Assembly: GCA_007280375.1 (NCBI GenBank)
Contig: QYQG01000021.1
Span: forward strand, 1-45,776
Source of the DNA: Betaproteobacteria bacterium
Lineage (GTDB): Bacteria > Pseudomonadota > Gammaproteobacteria > Burkholderiales > Thiobacillaceae
Direction: 5' to 3'
DNA length: 45,776 bases
Positions 19,002 through 27,774 of the stretch are shown piece after piece (position 1 is the stretch's first letter; each line of letters starts with the position of its first letter). The position numbers and the translations under genes are program-made. The notes beneath the pieces were generated by a model. The model was not told the DNA's origin, did no database searches, and was given only the letters and a program-made list of their open reading frames with translations.

Positions 19002-19919
19002 ATGCTCAACTTCAAACACCTGCATTATTTCTTTGTCGTGGCCAAGACTGGGGCGGTGAATCGCGCGGCGGAAAAACTGCATCTCACCCCTCAGACCCTG
19101 TCCGGCCAGATCTCACAATTTGAGGAACGGCTCGGCGTGAGCCTGTTCCGGCGCGCCGGGCGAGGTCTGGAACTAACTGAAATCGGGCGCTTGGCGTTGT
19201 CCTACGCCGAGGAGATATTCCAGGCTGGCGAGGATCTGGAGGCGTTCCTGCGTGGCGGTATGCACGATCGTGTTTTCCCGTTCCGGGTCGGCATTGCCAA
19301 CGTTGTTCCCAAGTCCATTGCTCACCAATTGCTAATGCCTGCATTAGCCCTGCCCGAGCCGGTGCAACTAGTGTGCCGGGAAGACCGGCTAGACCGCCTG
19401 CTGGCGGAACTGGCCATTCATCGCCTGGACATGGTGCTGGCCGACCGCCCGCTGCCGCCGGGCATGGACGTGAAAGGCTACAGCCATCCGCTGGGTGAAT
19501 GCGGCGTTACCTTCTTTGCCGCGCCCAGTCTGGCGACCCGCCTGGGCGCTGATTTTCCCGGCAACCTAGATGGCGCTCCGCTGCTCATTCCTGGCGAGGA
19601 CAGCGCCTTGCACACCCCGCTCATGCGCTGGCTGGAGCGCGGCAAGCTGCGGCCGCGCATCGTCGGGGAATTCGACGACAGCGCGTTGATGAAGGCCTTC
19701 GGCCAGGCGGGGGTTGGTGTGTTTCCCGCGACGACGGCCAGTGCGGCCAGTGTGGAGAAGCAGTACGGTGTGCGTCGCTTGGGCGAGACAGAGGAAATCA
19801 GGGAACGCTTGTTTGCCATCTCGGTGGAACGCCGGATCACGCATCCCGCCGTACTGGCGGTGAGCGAGGCAGCGCGTAACGGATTGTTTACGATGCCGGG
19901 CAGGGCGCGTTTGAGTTGA
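19002..19919 (+). CDS. LysR-family regulator, NhaR-type
   Basis: I place the start at ATG 19002 (MLNFKHLHYFFVVAKTGAVNRAAEKLHLTPQTLSGQI), which parallels E. coli NhaR (NYNHLYYFWHV...AAEALYLTPQTITGQI). Confidence 0.85.
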   Translation: MLNFKHLHYFFVVAKTGAVNRAAEKLHLTPQTLSGQISQFEERLGVSLFRRAGRGLELTEIGRLALSYAEEIFQAGEDLEAFLRGGMHDRVFPFRVGIANVVPKSIAHQLLMPALALPEPVQLVCREDRLDRLLAELAIHRLDMVLADRPLPPGMDVKGYSHPLGECGVTFFAAPSLATRLGADFPGNLDGAPLLIPGEDSALHTPLMRWLERGKLRPRIVGEFDDSALMKAFGQAGVGVFPATTASAASVEKQYGVRRLGETEEIRERLFAISVERRITHPAVLAVSEAARNGLFTMPGRARLS

Positions 19920-19945
19920 GAGCCAATTCCTGCTGAAACAGGTGG

Positions 19946-20995
19946 CTAGCCGAGCAATTCGAGCTTGCGGCTCTCCCAACTCAGCACCGCTGTGCGGCGG
20001 TGCATTTTTTCTGCGAGTTGCGGGAATTCCCGCGTAATGGCCGCGGCGGCAAAGTCGGACAGGAAGCGCGATTTGATTTCTGCGCGGGCGCGGTCAACAC
20101 CTGTTTCGTGGTAGGGCACCGAAGCGAGCAGTAAAAAGCCGTCGTCGGGAACGCGCCCAGCGGCCATGTTGCTTTGCAGAATGCCTGCCGCTTTGCGCAC
20201 CGGGTCGGCGAGGTCGGGGCTATAGGGGCCGATGATCAGCGCCTGGTTAGGCGTGTGCAGCCAGTCGAAGCCGCTCCCCAGGCAAATCATCCATTCGCGG
20301 TGTTCAATGTTGATTTCGCGGTTGGTTTGCCGCACCTGCGTCACATGCCGCAGGTTGCCTTGAATCAGCGGCAGCAGGTCGGCGCGTATTTGTTCCGGCA
20401 TATCGGGAAACAGGCTGCTTAAATAGGCCGGTACCATATCCGTCGTGGTCAGCTCGGCGACATTGAGGGTGGCACCGTTTGCGCCGTGCAAAATCAGCGC
20501 ATCCTCGTCGGTTTCAAACCCGCATACCAGCGGATAAACGGTTTGGTGCCCCGCACCGTAGACCTGCTCGATCTGGCGGCGAATGGCGAAGGTATGTTCG
20601 CGCGCGGCCTCGGTATCGTAGTTAAACCCAGCGCAGCCCCGGTGTGGGTCGCCTTTGGAGAAGTGGTAGTTGGACATCATCAGCACGCGCCGCCCTTCGC
20701 GCACCCTCGGCATCACATAGTCAAACAACACTTCACCCAAATGCGGCCAACCCAGATCAAAGCGCCCGCCCAAGTTGCGAAAAGGCTGAATAATGCCCAT
20801 CGGGGTTTCGGTGGCGACCGGAATATTGACGCGACCATCCATGCATTTGAGCACCGCCAGCGCCGTCGGATGTTCGGCCAGATAACGCTTGCGTGCCAGC
20901 CAGGTTTCCGAGCTGCCAAAAGAGGCAGCATGGTTTTGTGCGTGGTCGAACAGCCAGGTTAAACGAGTTGCGATAGGTTGCGCGTAAAGATCCAT
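19946..20995 (-). CDS. Stand-alone CsoSCA-like (carboxysomal carbonic-anhydrase-like) protein, paralog 1. It lacks the CsoSCA N-terminal region.
   Basis: I favour ATG 20995 (AGAGG SD, 349 aa) over TTG 21025. Motifs LKCMDGRVNI, NYHFSKGDPHRGCAGF, GFETDEDALILH and HREWMICLGSGFDWLH align with the window's csoSCA motifs SACADGRLKG, VYHFSSSDPTHEGCAAH, GLDTDNDAIRVH and HAERFISIGDGFEEVH. Confidence 0.75.
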   Translation of the reverse strand: MDLYAQPIATRLTWLFDHAQNHAASFGSSETWLARKRYLAEHPTALAVLKCMDGRVNIPVATETPMGIIQPFRNLGGRFDLGWPHLGEVLFDYVMPRVREGRRVLMMSNYHFSKGDPHRGCAGFNYDTEAAREHTFAIRRQIEQVYGAGHQTVYPLVCGFETDEDALILHGANGATLNVAELTTTDMVPAYLSSLFPDMPEQIRADLLPLIQGNLRHVTQVRQTNREINIEHREWMICLGSGFDWLHTPNQALIIGPYSPDLADPVRKAAGILQSNMAAGRVPDDGFLLLASVPYHETGVDRARAEIKSRFLSDFAAAAITREFPQLAEKMHRRTAVLSWESRKLELLG

Positions 20996-21052
20996 GCTTT
21001 GCCTCTGTGTGAAGGGCGTGCTCAAACCAAGCGGCGGCTACATCTTGCCTGA

Positions 21053-21349
21053 TTATTCGTTTTCGCCCAATTCGGGATCCCAGCCTTTGGTTCTAGCCGC
21101 AGCCACCGCCTTGGCGTAAATCTCGGTATGGCGTTGCTGAAGTTCGGGCGGCAGACGGCTGGGCAGGTTGGCGTATTTGTCCCATTCCACGCTTATTTTA
21201 TCCATTAGTAGTTGCATCCGCCCTAAATCCCAGCCGGAGCAGTCTTCGTTTTCCGGAAGAATGCCGAAGACCCAGCTATCGAGCACCATGCGCCCGAGCT
21301 GGGTGATGCCGTGATTGTCATGATGAAGTCCAACATAGGTGTTGCTCAT
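21053..21349 (-). CDS. Small conserved-looking hypothetical protein (98 aa) between cbbO and the CsoSCA-like gene
   Basis: Clean ORF with non-shadow-like composition (MSNTYVGLHHDNHGITQLGRMVLDSWVFGILPENEDC...), co-oriented in the cbbLSQO operon. It may correspond to the small cbbN-type gene reported after cbbO in nitrifiers, but I cannot verify this. Confidence 0.55.
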   Translation of the reverse strand: MSNTYVGLHHDNHGITQLGRMVLDSWVFGILPENEDCSGWDLGRMQLLMDKISVEWDKYANLPSRLPPELQQRHTEIYAKAVAAARTKGWDPELGENE

Positions 21350-21441
21350 GGGTTAAAACCTTTTCTATCCGTGAGGGTCAATCGAATGTATAGCGTGGAT
21401 GAGCATAGCGTTATCTGCCCACGAACTCGCCGAAGGAAAAC

Positions 21442-23784
21442 TCAGCGGGTCAGGCCAGCATACAGCAGTGGCAGTTTTTCGGGTAGGCGCTGCACATGAT
21501 CGACCACCATAAAATTGTTCTGTCCAAAGATGCGGCTGACATAATTGTCGGCACGCGGATCGAGGCTCATGCAATACGTGATCACGCCGAGTTTGGCGAC
21601 TTCTTCCACCGCTTTTTTGGTGTCGGAGCGCAAGTATTGCGGGTCGCGCACGTCCACGTCGGCCGGTTCGCCGTCGGTAATCACGATGAGCAACCGCTTG
21701 GCGGAGCGTTGCAGTTGCAGGTGATGGCCGGCGTGGCGAATCGCCGCGCCCATGCGCGTGGAGAGCTGTCCGGTCATGCCGGCGAGTTTGGCCTTTGGAG
21801 CGTCGTCCCACTGCTGGTCGAAGTCTTTGAAGCGGTAATACTCAACATCGTGACGACCGTCGGAACAAAAGCCGTGGATGGCGAATGGGTCACCCACTTT
21901 GTTGATGGCATCGGCGAGCAACACGCAGGCTTGCTGGGTGAGTTCGCGCACCGAATACTCTTGGCCGTGTACGGTTTCGTTGGTCGATTCGGATAGGTCG
22001 AGCAGCACCAAAATCGAGAAATCACGCACCTTGCGCACGCTACGCATCATGATGCGCGGGTCGGGCTGGTTGCCCAGACGAATGTCGATAAAGCTGGCAA
22101 TCGCCGCGTTGATGTCGATTTCGTCGCCGTCTTCGAGCTTGCGAATGCGCTGCACGCCTTGTGGCTGCATCGCGTCGAGCAGGAACTTCATGCGGTGGAT
22201 TTCGCGTTTGTACTTGGCGGTAATGTCGTCGATGACTTGCAAATCGCCTGACTTGGCGCGTTTTTCCTGCACCGTTGCCCAAGCGGGGCGCTCCAACTGA
22301 ATCTGGTAGTCCCACTCGGAATAATGGAAGGGGTCGGACAGCGGCTCTTTACCTTCCAGCTCGTTCCAACTCTTGCCCATGTCTTCATACGGAAACAGCT
22401 CGGTCGGCAGCACCCAGATCTCCTGTGCGTCATCGCCCGCGCCTTCGACCTCGACTTCGTTCGCCATTTCCATCACATTGACATATTTGCGCGTCTGCTT
22501 GACGGAGTCATAGCCCGCACCAGCCGCCTTGTTGAAATCGAATTCCTCGAATTCCCAGAAGTAGCGGTTGTCGTCGCGGTAGATCGCGGTGAGGAGGTCT
22601 TTGCGTGGATTGAACGGGATGCGTTTTTGAACAAAGCTGTGCGCGAGTTGCACGCCGATGTCCCACGAGGTGTGGTTGGTGTCGAGTTTGTCTTGCGCCT
22701 GTGCAAACAATGCACGGCCTTCTGCAATCCACGGGTCGCTGTCCGCGTAGCTGTCGTCAAGCAGCGCGCGCGCCAGGCGATTGAGGTAGTCGCCCATGCT
22801 GGTGGTCATGGCGGGTGTAGCGGTGTGCAGTTTCGCCCATAACGGCTTCATGCCGGGGAAGCGGCGGATTGTCAGCGCCTCAACACGCGCATCTTCGATG
22901 ACAGAAATCACGGCCATCTGCATCGGATTGAGCGCTTCGGCGGAAATGGGGGTTTTGGTTTCGACCATGTGCGCGGCGCAGTGCGCGGCGGTGGCGCGAT
23001 AAAGCTCCAGACCCGAGACAGGATCAAAGCCTTCAAGCGTGAAATCATCGAGCGCATCCGGTAGATGCAACAGATAGTCTTCGATATAGGGTTTATGACC
23101 TTCGCGTGTCTCAAAATCACCCGCCGTCGGGCGCATAAAAAAGTCGCGCGCCCACAGTGCCCGCAGATACATATTGATGCGGCGCTGCACATCGACCAGC
23201 AGCGTGCCTTTACGCTCCTTCTGCAGCATCGCAATCGAGTCTTTCGATTCCAGACTGAAGTAGCGAATCTGCTCTTCGTAGTTGGTGCGATGCGCGTGCG
23301 CGCCCCACAACGCCCAGCGCCGCAAGCCGCCCAGCGTGAGCTGCTGAAACAGCACTTCGAGCTTGTCCAGCATCGGGCGCACGCCGCGCGGCGCTTGGGC
23401 GATCAGGGTGTTGATGAATTGCAGGTAATTAATGAACAACGCGGCATCGCCGAGCCGGTTCGCCGCCGTCGGTGCCGTCGCCAGTAGCAGTTCGATGACC
23501 GAACCCGAGGTGCGCGATGCGAGTGACAGCGCGGCGGTAATTAGCTCACCGATGACATCTTCGCCTACTTCTTTGGCCACTTGCGGCGCGTCCACTATCC
23601 ACGCCTCGACCAGCGTGTCGCCCTTGCCCAGCCCGCGCATGGCGGCCGCGCCCTTGAGATAGGTGTCCAAGCCACGCGGCGAGAACACCTTGGTGGCGTC
23701 ATGCCAGTTGGCGTTGAGCGCATCCTGACTGTGTTGCGACAGACCTTCTAATAGTTCGGCGTAGTCAGCGAGATTGATCGACAT
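21442..23784 (-). CDS. cbbO: RuBisCO activase adaptor CbbO (vWA-domain protein), copy 1
   Basis: 780 aa with a C-terminal vWA MIDAS motif LVLLDLSESTNE. It follows cbbQ. GAGGTGAA lies before ATG 23784. Confidence 0.93.
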   Translation of the reverse strand: MSINLADYAELLEGLSQHSQDALNANWHDATKVFSPRGLDTYLKGAAAMRGLGKGDTLVEAWIVDAPQVAKEVGEDVIGELITAALSLASRTSGSVIELLLATAPTAANRLGDAALFINYLQFINTLIAQAPRGVRPMLDKLEVLFQQLTLGGLRRWALWGAHAHRTNYEEQIRYFSLESKDSIAMLQKERKGTLLVDVQRRINMYLRALWARDFFMRPTAGDFETREGHKPYIEDYLLHLPDALDDFTLEGFDPVSGLELYRATAAHCAAHMVETKTPISAEALNPMQMAVISVIEDARVEALTIRRFPGMKPLWAKLHTATPAMTTSMGDYLNRLARALLDDSYADSDPWIAEGRALFAQAQDKLDTNHTSWDIGVQLAHSFVQKRIPFNPRKDLLTAIYRDDNRYFWEFEEFDFNKAAGAGYDSVKQTRKYVNVMEMANEVEVEGAGDDAQEIWVLPTELFPYEDMGKSWNELEGKEPLSDPFHYSEWDYQIQLERPAWATVQEKRAKSGDLQVIDDITAKYKREIHRMKFLLDAMQPQGVQRIRKLEDGDEIDINAAIASFIDIRLGNQPDPRIMMRSVRKVRDFSILVLLDLSESTNETVHGQEYSVRELTQQACVLLADAINKVGDPFAIHGFCSDGRHDVEYYRFKDFDQQWDDAPKAKLAGMTGQLSTRMGAAIRHAGHHLQLQRSAKRLLIVITDGEPADVDVRDPQYLRSDTKKAVEEVAKLGVITYCMSLDPRADNYVSRIFGQNNFMVVDHVQRLPEKLPLLYAGLTR

Positions 23785-23836
23785 GGTTCACCTCGATAGG
23801 TAGGGTGAGTACGTGCTTGCGTCCACCCTGCTCGGC

Positions 23837-24640
23837 TTAAAAGAATGTGCTAACAGCAGCGTCCAGCGCGTCGCGCATGTCTGGGTCGTCAGTAATCGGG
23901 CGCACCAAGGCCACGCGGCAGGCGGCCAGCGGATTCACATTTTTAGCGATCAGCGAACCGGCGTAAATCAGCATCCGGGTGGACAGACCTTCGTCCAGGC
24001 CATGGCCTTTGAGGTTGCGGCTACGCTCGGCGATCGACACCAGTTTGCCGGCGACTTCGAGGGACACACCCGATTCGTGCGCCACAATTTCAGATTCAAT
24101 CGTGTGATCGGGGTAGGTGAAATCCAGTCCACCGAAACGCTGCTTGGTCGATTGCTTCAAGTCCTTCATCAACGATTGATAGCCGGGATTGTAGGAAATC
24201 ACAATCTGGAAATCGGGATGGGCGTGGAGCAGTTCGCCTTTCTTTTCCAGCGGCAGCACGCGGCGGTTGTCGGTGAGCGGGTGGATGACGACGGTGGTGT
24301 CCTGACGCGCTTCGACGATTTCATCGAGATACACAATCGCGCCGTGACGCGCACCGATGGCGAGCGGGCCGTCCTGCCATTCAGTGCCGGACGCCGACAA
24401 CAGGAAACGCCCGACCAGATCGGAAGCGGTCATGTCTTCGTTACACGCCACGGTAATCAGCGGCTTGCCCAGCTTATGCGCGATGTACTCGACAAAGCGC
24501 GTCTTGCCGCAGCCGGTCGGGCCTTTCAGCATCATCGGCATGCGCACTGAGTAGGCGGCCTCGAAGAGCTCGACTTCGTCGGCGACGGGACGGTAGTAGG
24601 GTGCTTTGGGGATGCGGTACTGATCAACGATATTGCTCAT
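23837..24640 (-). CDS. cbbQ: RuBisCO activase CbbQ (MoxR-type AAA+), copy 1
   Basis: 267 aa with Walker A GPTGCGKT and Walker [16 protein letters not shown] lies before ATG 24640. Confidence 0.95.
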   Translation of the reverse strand: MSNIVDQYRIPKAPYYRPVADEVELFEAAYSVRMPMMLKGPTGCGKTRFVEYIAHKLGKPLITVACNEDMTASDLVGRFLLSASGTEWQDGPLAIGARHGAIVYLDEIVEARQDTTVVIHPLTDNRRVLPLEKKGELLHAHPDFQIVISYNPGYQSLMKDLKQSTKQRFGGLDFTYPDHTIESEIVAHESGVSLEVAGKLVSIAERSRNLKGHGLDEGLSTRMLIYAGSLIAKNVNPLAACRVALVRPITDDPDMRDALDAAVSTFF

Positions 24641-24710
24641 GCTGGCTCCTTAGAGAAAGACTTATTCATCCGCGAATGCCTTGCCAAATTCGGCGTGGCA
24701 TTCGTGGGCA

Positions 24711-24754
24711 AACAAAAAGCCCCCGCGCCCAGCGGGCGACGGGCGACGGGGGCT
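24711..24754 (-). terminator. Intrinsic terminator/attenuator between cbbS and cbbQ
   Basis: On the minus strand, AGCCCCCG...CGGGGGCT forms an 8-bp outer stem with an inner CGCCC/GGGCG stem, followed by TTTTGTTT. It starts about 20 nt after the cbbS stop. Confidence 0.55.
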
Positions 24755-24774
24755 GCTGGGTCACCCGTCGCGGC

Positions 24775-25131
24775 TTAAACGGTCTTGCCGCGATAAATCA
24801 CCATGGCCGCACCTTGCGACTGGTTGAAGTTGTTGTAGCCGACCAGACGAACATGGTTGTCCGGGTTGGCTTTGTGGCAGGCTTCCGCTTCGGCCAGCAC
24901 GACTGACACGTCGGTTTCGCCAAACATCGGCAGCTTCCACATGTACCAGTACGAATCCATGATGTACACGGGCTCGGTGTGTTCAATCGCCGGGTTCCAG
25001 CCTTTTTTCACCAGATACGAAACCTGCGCCTTGATCTGCTCTGCGGTCATTGCGGGCAGGTAGGAGAAGGTTTCGAACTTGCGGCTCGCGGGGTCAGACA
25101 CGCGGCTTTTGTAATCCATAACTTCAGACAT
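24775..25131 (-). CDS. cbbS: RuBisCO form I small subunit CbbS
   Basis: I place the start at ATG 25131 ([26 protein letters not shown]), with AGGAA upstream. 118 aa. Confidence 0.93.
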   Translation of the reverse strand: MSEVMDYKSRVSDPASRKFETFSYLPAMTAEQIKAQVSYLVKKGWNPAIEHTEPVYIMDSYWYMWKLPMFGETDVSVVLAEAEACHKANPDNHVRLVGYNNFNQSQGAAMVIYRGKTV

Positions 25132-25159
25132 TTTTGTTCCTTTCAAATTGTTTATCTGG

Positions 25160-25213
25160 ATCCCGGATCAACCCTGCGGCTGTCCGGGATGACCTTGCGC
25201 AAAGGCGCAAGGT
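25160..25213 (-). other. Two perfect intercistronic hairpins between cbbL and cbbS (probable mRNA-stabilising or processing structures)
   Basis: atcccgga(25160-25167)/tccgggat(25183-25190) pair as one stem. accttgcgc(25192-25200)/gcgcaaggt(25205-25213) pair as the second, which abuts the cbbL stop codon. Confidence 0.5.
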
Positions 25214-26634
25214 CACTTGTGGGCAACATCCAGCTTGTCCACGGTATCGAACTCGAACTTGATTTCTTTCCATGTTTCCATGGCGATCTTCAGTTCGGGG
25301 CTGTGGGCAGCGGCTTTGGTCAGGATGTCCTTACCGGCTTTCTCGAGTTCGACGCCTTCGTTACGCGCTTGCACACAGGCTTCGAGTGCGACGCGGTTGG
25401 CCGCAGCGCCAGCCGCGTTGCCCCACGGGTGGCCGAGCGTACCGCCACCAAACTGCAGCACCGAATCGTCACCAAAGATGGCCACCAGCGCAGGCATGTG
25501 CCAGACATGGATACCGCCGGAGGCCACCGGGATCACGCCAGGCATGGAACCCCAATCTTGGTCAAAGAACAGGCCACGGCTACGATCTTCGGGGATGAAG
25601 CTATCTCGCATGGTGTCGATCCAGCCCAGCGTCGCTTCGCGGTCGCCTTCGAGCTTGCCGACAACGGTGCCGGAGTGCAGGTGATCGCCACCCGACAAAC
25701 GCAGCACCTTGGTCAGCACGCGGAAGTGAATACCGTGGTGCGGATTGCGGTCGAGCACGGCGTGCATGGCGCGGTGAATGTGCAGCAACATGCCGTTTTT
25801 ACGACACCAGTTGGCCAGACCCGTGTTGGCAGTCAAGCCGCCGGTCAGGTAGTCGTGCATGATGATCGGTGCGCCCAGCTCTTTAGCAAACTCGGCACGC
25901 TCGTACATCATTTCCGGCGTCGGTGCGGTGACGTTCAGGTAGTGACCCTTACGCTCGCCGGTTTCGCGCTCGGCTTTTTGGCAAGCTTCAACCACGAATT
26001 CAAAACGGTCACGCCAACGCATGAACGGCTGGCTGTTGACATTCTCGTCGTCCTTGGTGAAGTCGAGACCGCCACGCAGACATTCGTACACCGCGCGGCC
26101 GTAGTTCTTGGCGCTCAGGCCCAGCTCCGGCTTGATGGTGCAGCCCAGCATAGGACGGCCATATTTGTTCAGGCGGTCACGCTCGACCTGGATACCCGCC
26201 GGCGGGCCGCCGCAGGTTTTGACATACGCAATCGGGAAGCGAATGTCTTCCAGACGCAGGGCGCGCAAGGCTTTAAAGCCGAACACATTGCCGACCAGCG
26301 AGGTCAGCACATTGACGACGGAGCCTTCTTCGAAGAGGTCGATCGGATAGGCCACAAAGGCGTAGAAACAGGTGTCGTCGCCGGGCACATCTTCGATGCG
26401 ATAGGCGCGGCCTTTGTAGTAGTCGAGGTCGGTCAAGAGGTCAGTCCACACCGTGGTCCAAGTACCGGTTGACGATTCAGCCGCCACCGCAGCAGCGACC
26501 TCTTCACGCGGCACACCGGCTTGCGGGGTGATCTTGAAGCAGGCCAAAAGGTCGGTGTCCAGCGGGATGTAATCCGGGGTCCAATAGGTTTGGCGATACT
26601 CTTTCACGCCAGCGTTGTAAGTCTTAGCAGCCAT
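25213..26634 (-). CDS. cbbL: RuBisCO form IA large subunit CbbL, with Glu at the K177-equivalent position
   Basis: 473 aa beginning [22 protein letters not shown]... Active-site motifs [46 protein letters not shown] and ASGGIH are all present. The TIKPKLGL motif instead reads [19 protein letters not shown] is present. Confidence 0.95.
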   Translation of the reverse strand: MAAKTYNAGVKEYRQTYWTPDYIPLDTDLLACFKITPQAGVPREEVAAAVAAESSTGTWTTVWTDLLTDLDYYKGRAYRIEDVPGDDTCFYAFVAYPIDLFEEGSVVNVLTSLVGNVFGFKALRALRLEDIRFPIAYVKTCGGPPAGIQVERDRLNKYGRPMLGCTIKPELGLSAKNYGRAVYECLRGGLDFTKDDENVNSQPFMRWRDRFEFVVEACQKAERETGERKGHYLNVTAPTPEMMYERAEFAKELGAPIIMHDYLTGGLTANTGLANWCRKNGMLLHIHRAMHAVLDRNPHHGIHFRVLTKVLRLSGGDHLHSGTVVGKLEGDREATLGWIDTMRDSFIPEDRSRGLFFDQDWGSMPGVIPVASGGIHVWHMPALVAIFGDDSVLQFGGGTLGHPWGNAAGAAANRVALEACVQARNEGVELEKAGKDILTKAAAHSPELKIAMETWKEIKFEFDTVDKLDVAHK

Positions 26635-26741
26635 AATTCCTCCTAAAGATAAGGTCGGGTTTCCGTGCCAAGCCCCAGCGGCAAGACACGATGGGACGCA
26701 TCATGCCGGATAGCAATCATCAGTGATAATCGATTCTTTCT

Positions 26742-26766
26742 GTCTATACGATAGACTATCGTCTAT
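26742..26766. promoter_or_regulatory. Interlocking dyad-symmetric operator in the cbbL-cbbR divergent intergenic region (candidate CbbR site)
   Basis: GTCTAT-acg-ATAGAC (26742-26756), ACGATAG-a-CTATCGT (26748-26762) and ATAGAC-tatc-GTCTAT (26751-26766). The site lies about 50 nt upstream of cbbR and about 110 nt upstream of cbbL. Confidence 0.5.
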
Positions 26767-26814
26767 GCATTTGTTAGGATTCCCAGCTCCTCTCCTAGCC
26801 CAAGGCAGCCCATC

Positions 26815-27774
26815 ATGCGCCACCACACCACTTTTCGTCAGCTGGAGATTTTCGAGTCCATCGCTCGTCTCGGCAGTTTTACCCGCGCATCCGAAGCGCT
26901 GTTTCTCACCCAACCCACGGTGTCGATGCAGATGAAAAAGCTCAGCGACATCGTGGGTGCGCCACTGGTGGAGCAGGTGGGCAAGAAAATCACGCTCACC
27001 GAAGATGGCCGCGAACTGGCGCAAGCCAGCCGAGAAATCTTCGCCATCCTCGACCACTACACCATGTCGGTGTCCGAACGGCAGGGCTTGAAAAAGGGCA
27101 AGTTAAAGCTGATGGCGATCACCACCGCGTCCTATTTTACGCCACGCCTGCTGGGCGATTTCGTTAAGTTGCACCCCGGCATCGATGTGTCCTTGCATGT
27201 CAGCAACAAAGAACATGTGCTGGCCAGCATGGCTGACAATCTTGATGATCTTTACCTGTTGGGCACGCCACCCGATGATATCGATATGATCGCCATCCCC
27301 ATCATGGATAACCCCATCGTTGTCTTGGCTGCGCCGGATCACCCGTTGGCGAAGCAAAAAAACATCACGCTTGAACGCCTGGCACAGGAACCTTGGATCA
27401 TGCGCGAAGCCGGTTCTGGCACCCGCAACGCCATAGAGTGCATGTTCACAGCAAAGGGGCTGGAAATTCGCCCGCGTCTAGAGCTGGGCAGCAATGAAGC
27501 GATCAAGCAGGCTATTCTCGCTGACCTCGGTATCTCTGCGCTGTCCTGCCATGCGCTCGCCCTGCACGCGCCCGGTCAGTTCGCCGTGTTAGATGTAAAA
27601 GATTTCCCCATCCGGCGCCATTGGTACGCGGTTTATCCAGCCGGACGGCAGATATCCGTGGTCGCGCGCGCCTTCCTCGATTTTTTACTGGCGCAGCGCG
27701 ACGATCTCTCCGCCTGTGCGCCGGACGGCGGTAAGGCTGCTGGCGAATCGCCTCTCTTCGTGGCGACCGTTTAG
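26815..27774 (+). CDS. cbbR: LysR-family RuBisCO operon regulator CbbR
   Basis: 319 aa beginning MRHHTTFRQLEIFESIARLGSFTRASEALFLTQPTVSMQMKKL... It is divergent from cbbL and upstream of cbbM. Confidence 0.92.
   Translation: MRHHTTFRQLEIFESIARLGSFTRASEALFLTQPTVSMQMKKLSDIVGAPLVEQVGKKITLTEDGRELAQASREIFAILDHYTMSVSERQGLKKGKLKLMAITTASYFTPRLLGDFVKLHPGIDVSLHVSNKEHVLASMADNLDDLYLLGTPPDDIDMIAIPIMDNPIVVLAAPDHPLAKQKNITLERLAQEPWIMREAGSGTRNAIECMFTAKGLEIRPRLELGSNEAIKQAILADLGISALSCHALALHAPGQFAVLDVKDFPIRRHWYAVYPAGRQISVVARAFLDFLLAQRDDLSACAPDGGKAAGESPLFVATV

Noticed and set aside
19920-19945. Short CCTG/CAGG hairpin between the convergent NhaR-type gene and the CsoSCA-like gene, as a possible terminator
   Set aside because: The stem is only 4 bp and there is no T-run. 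This is insufficient to call.
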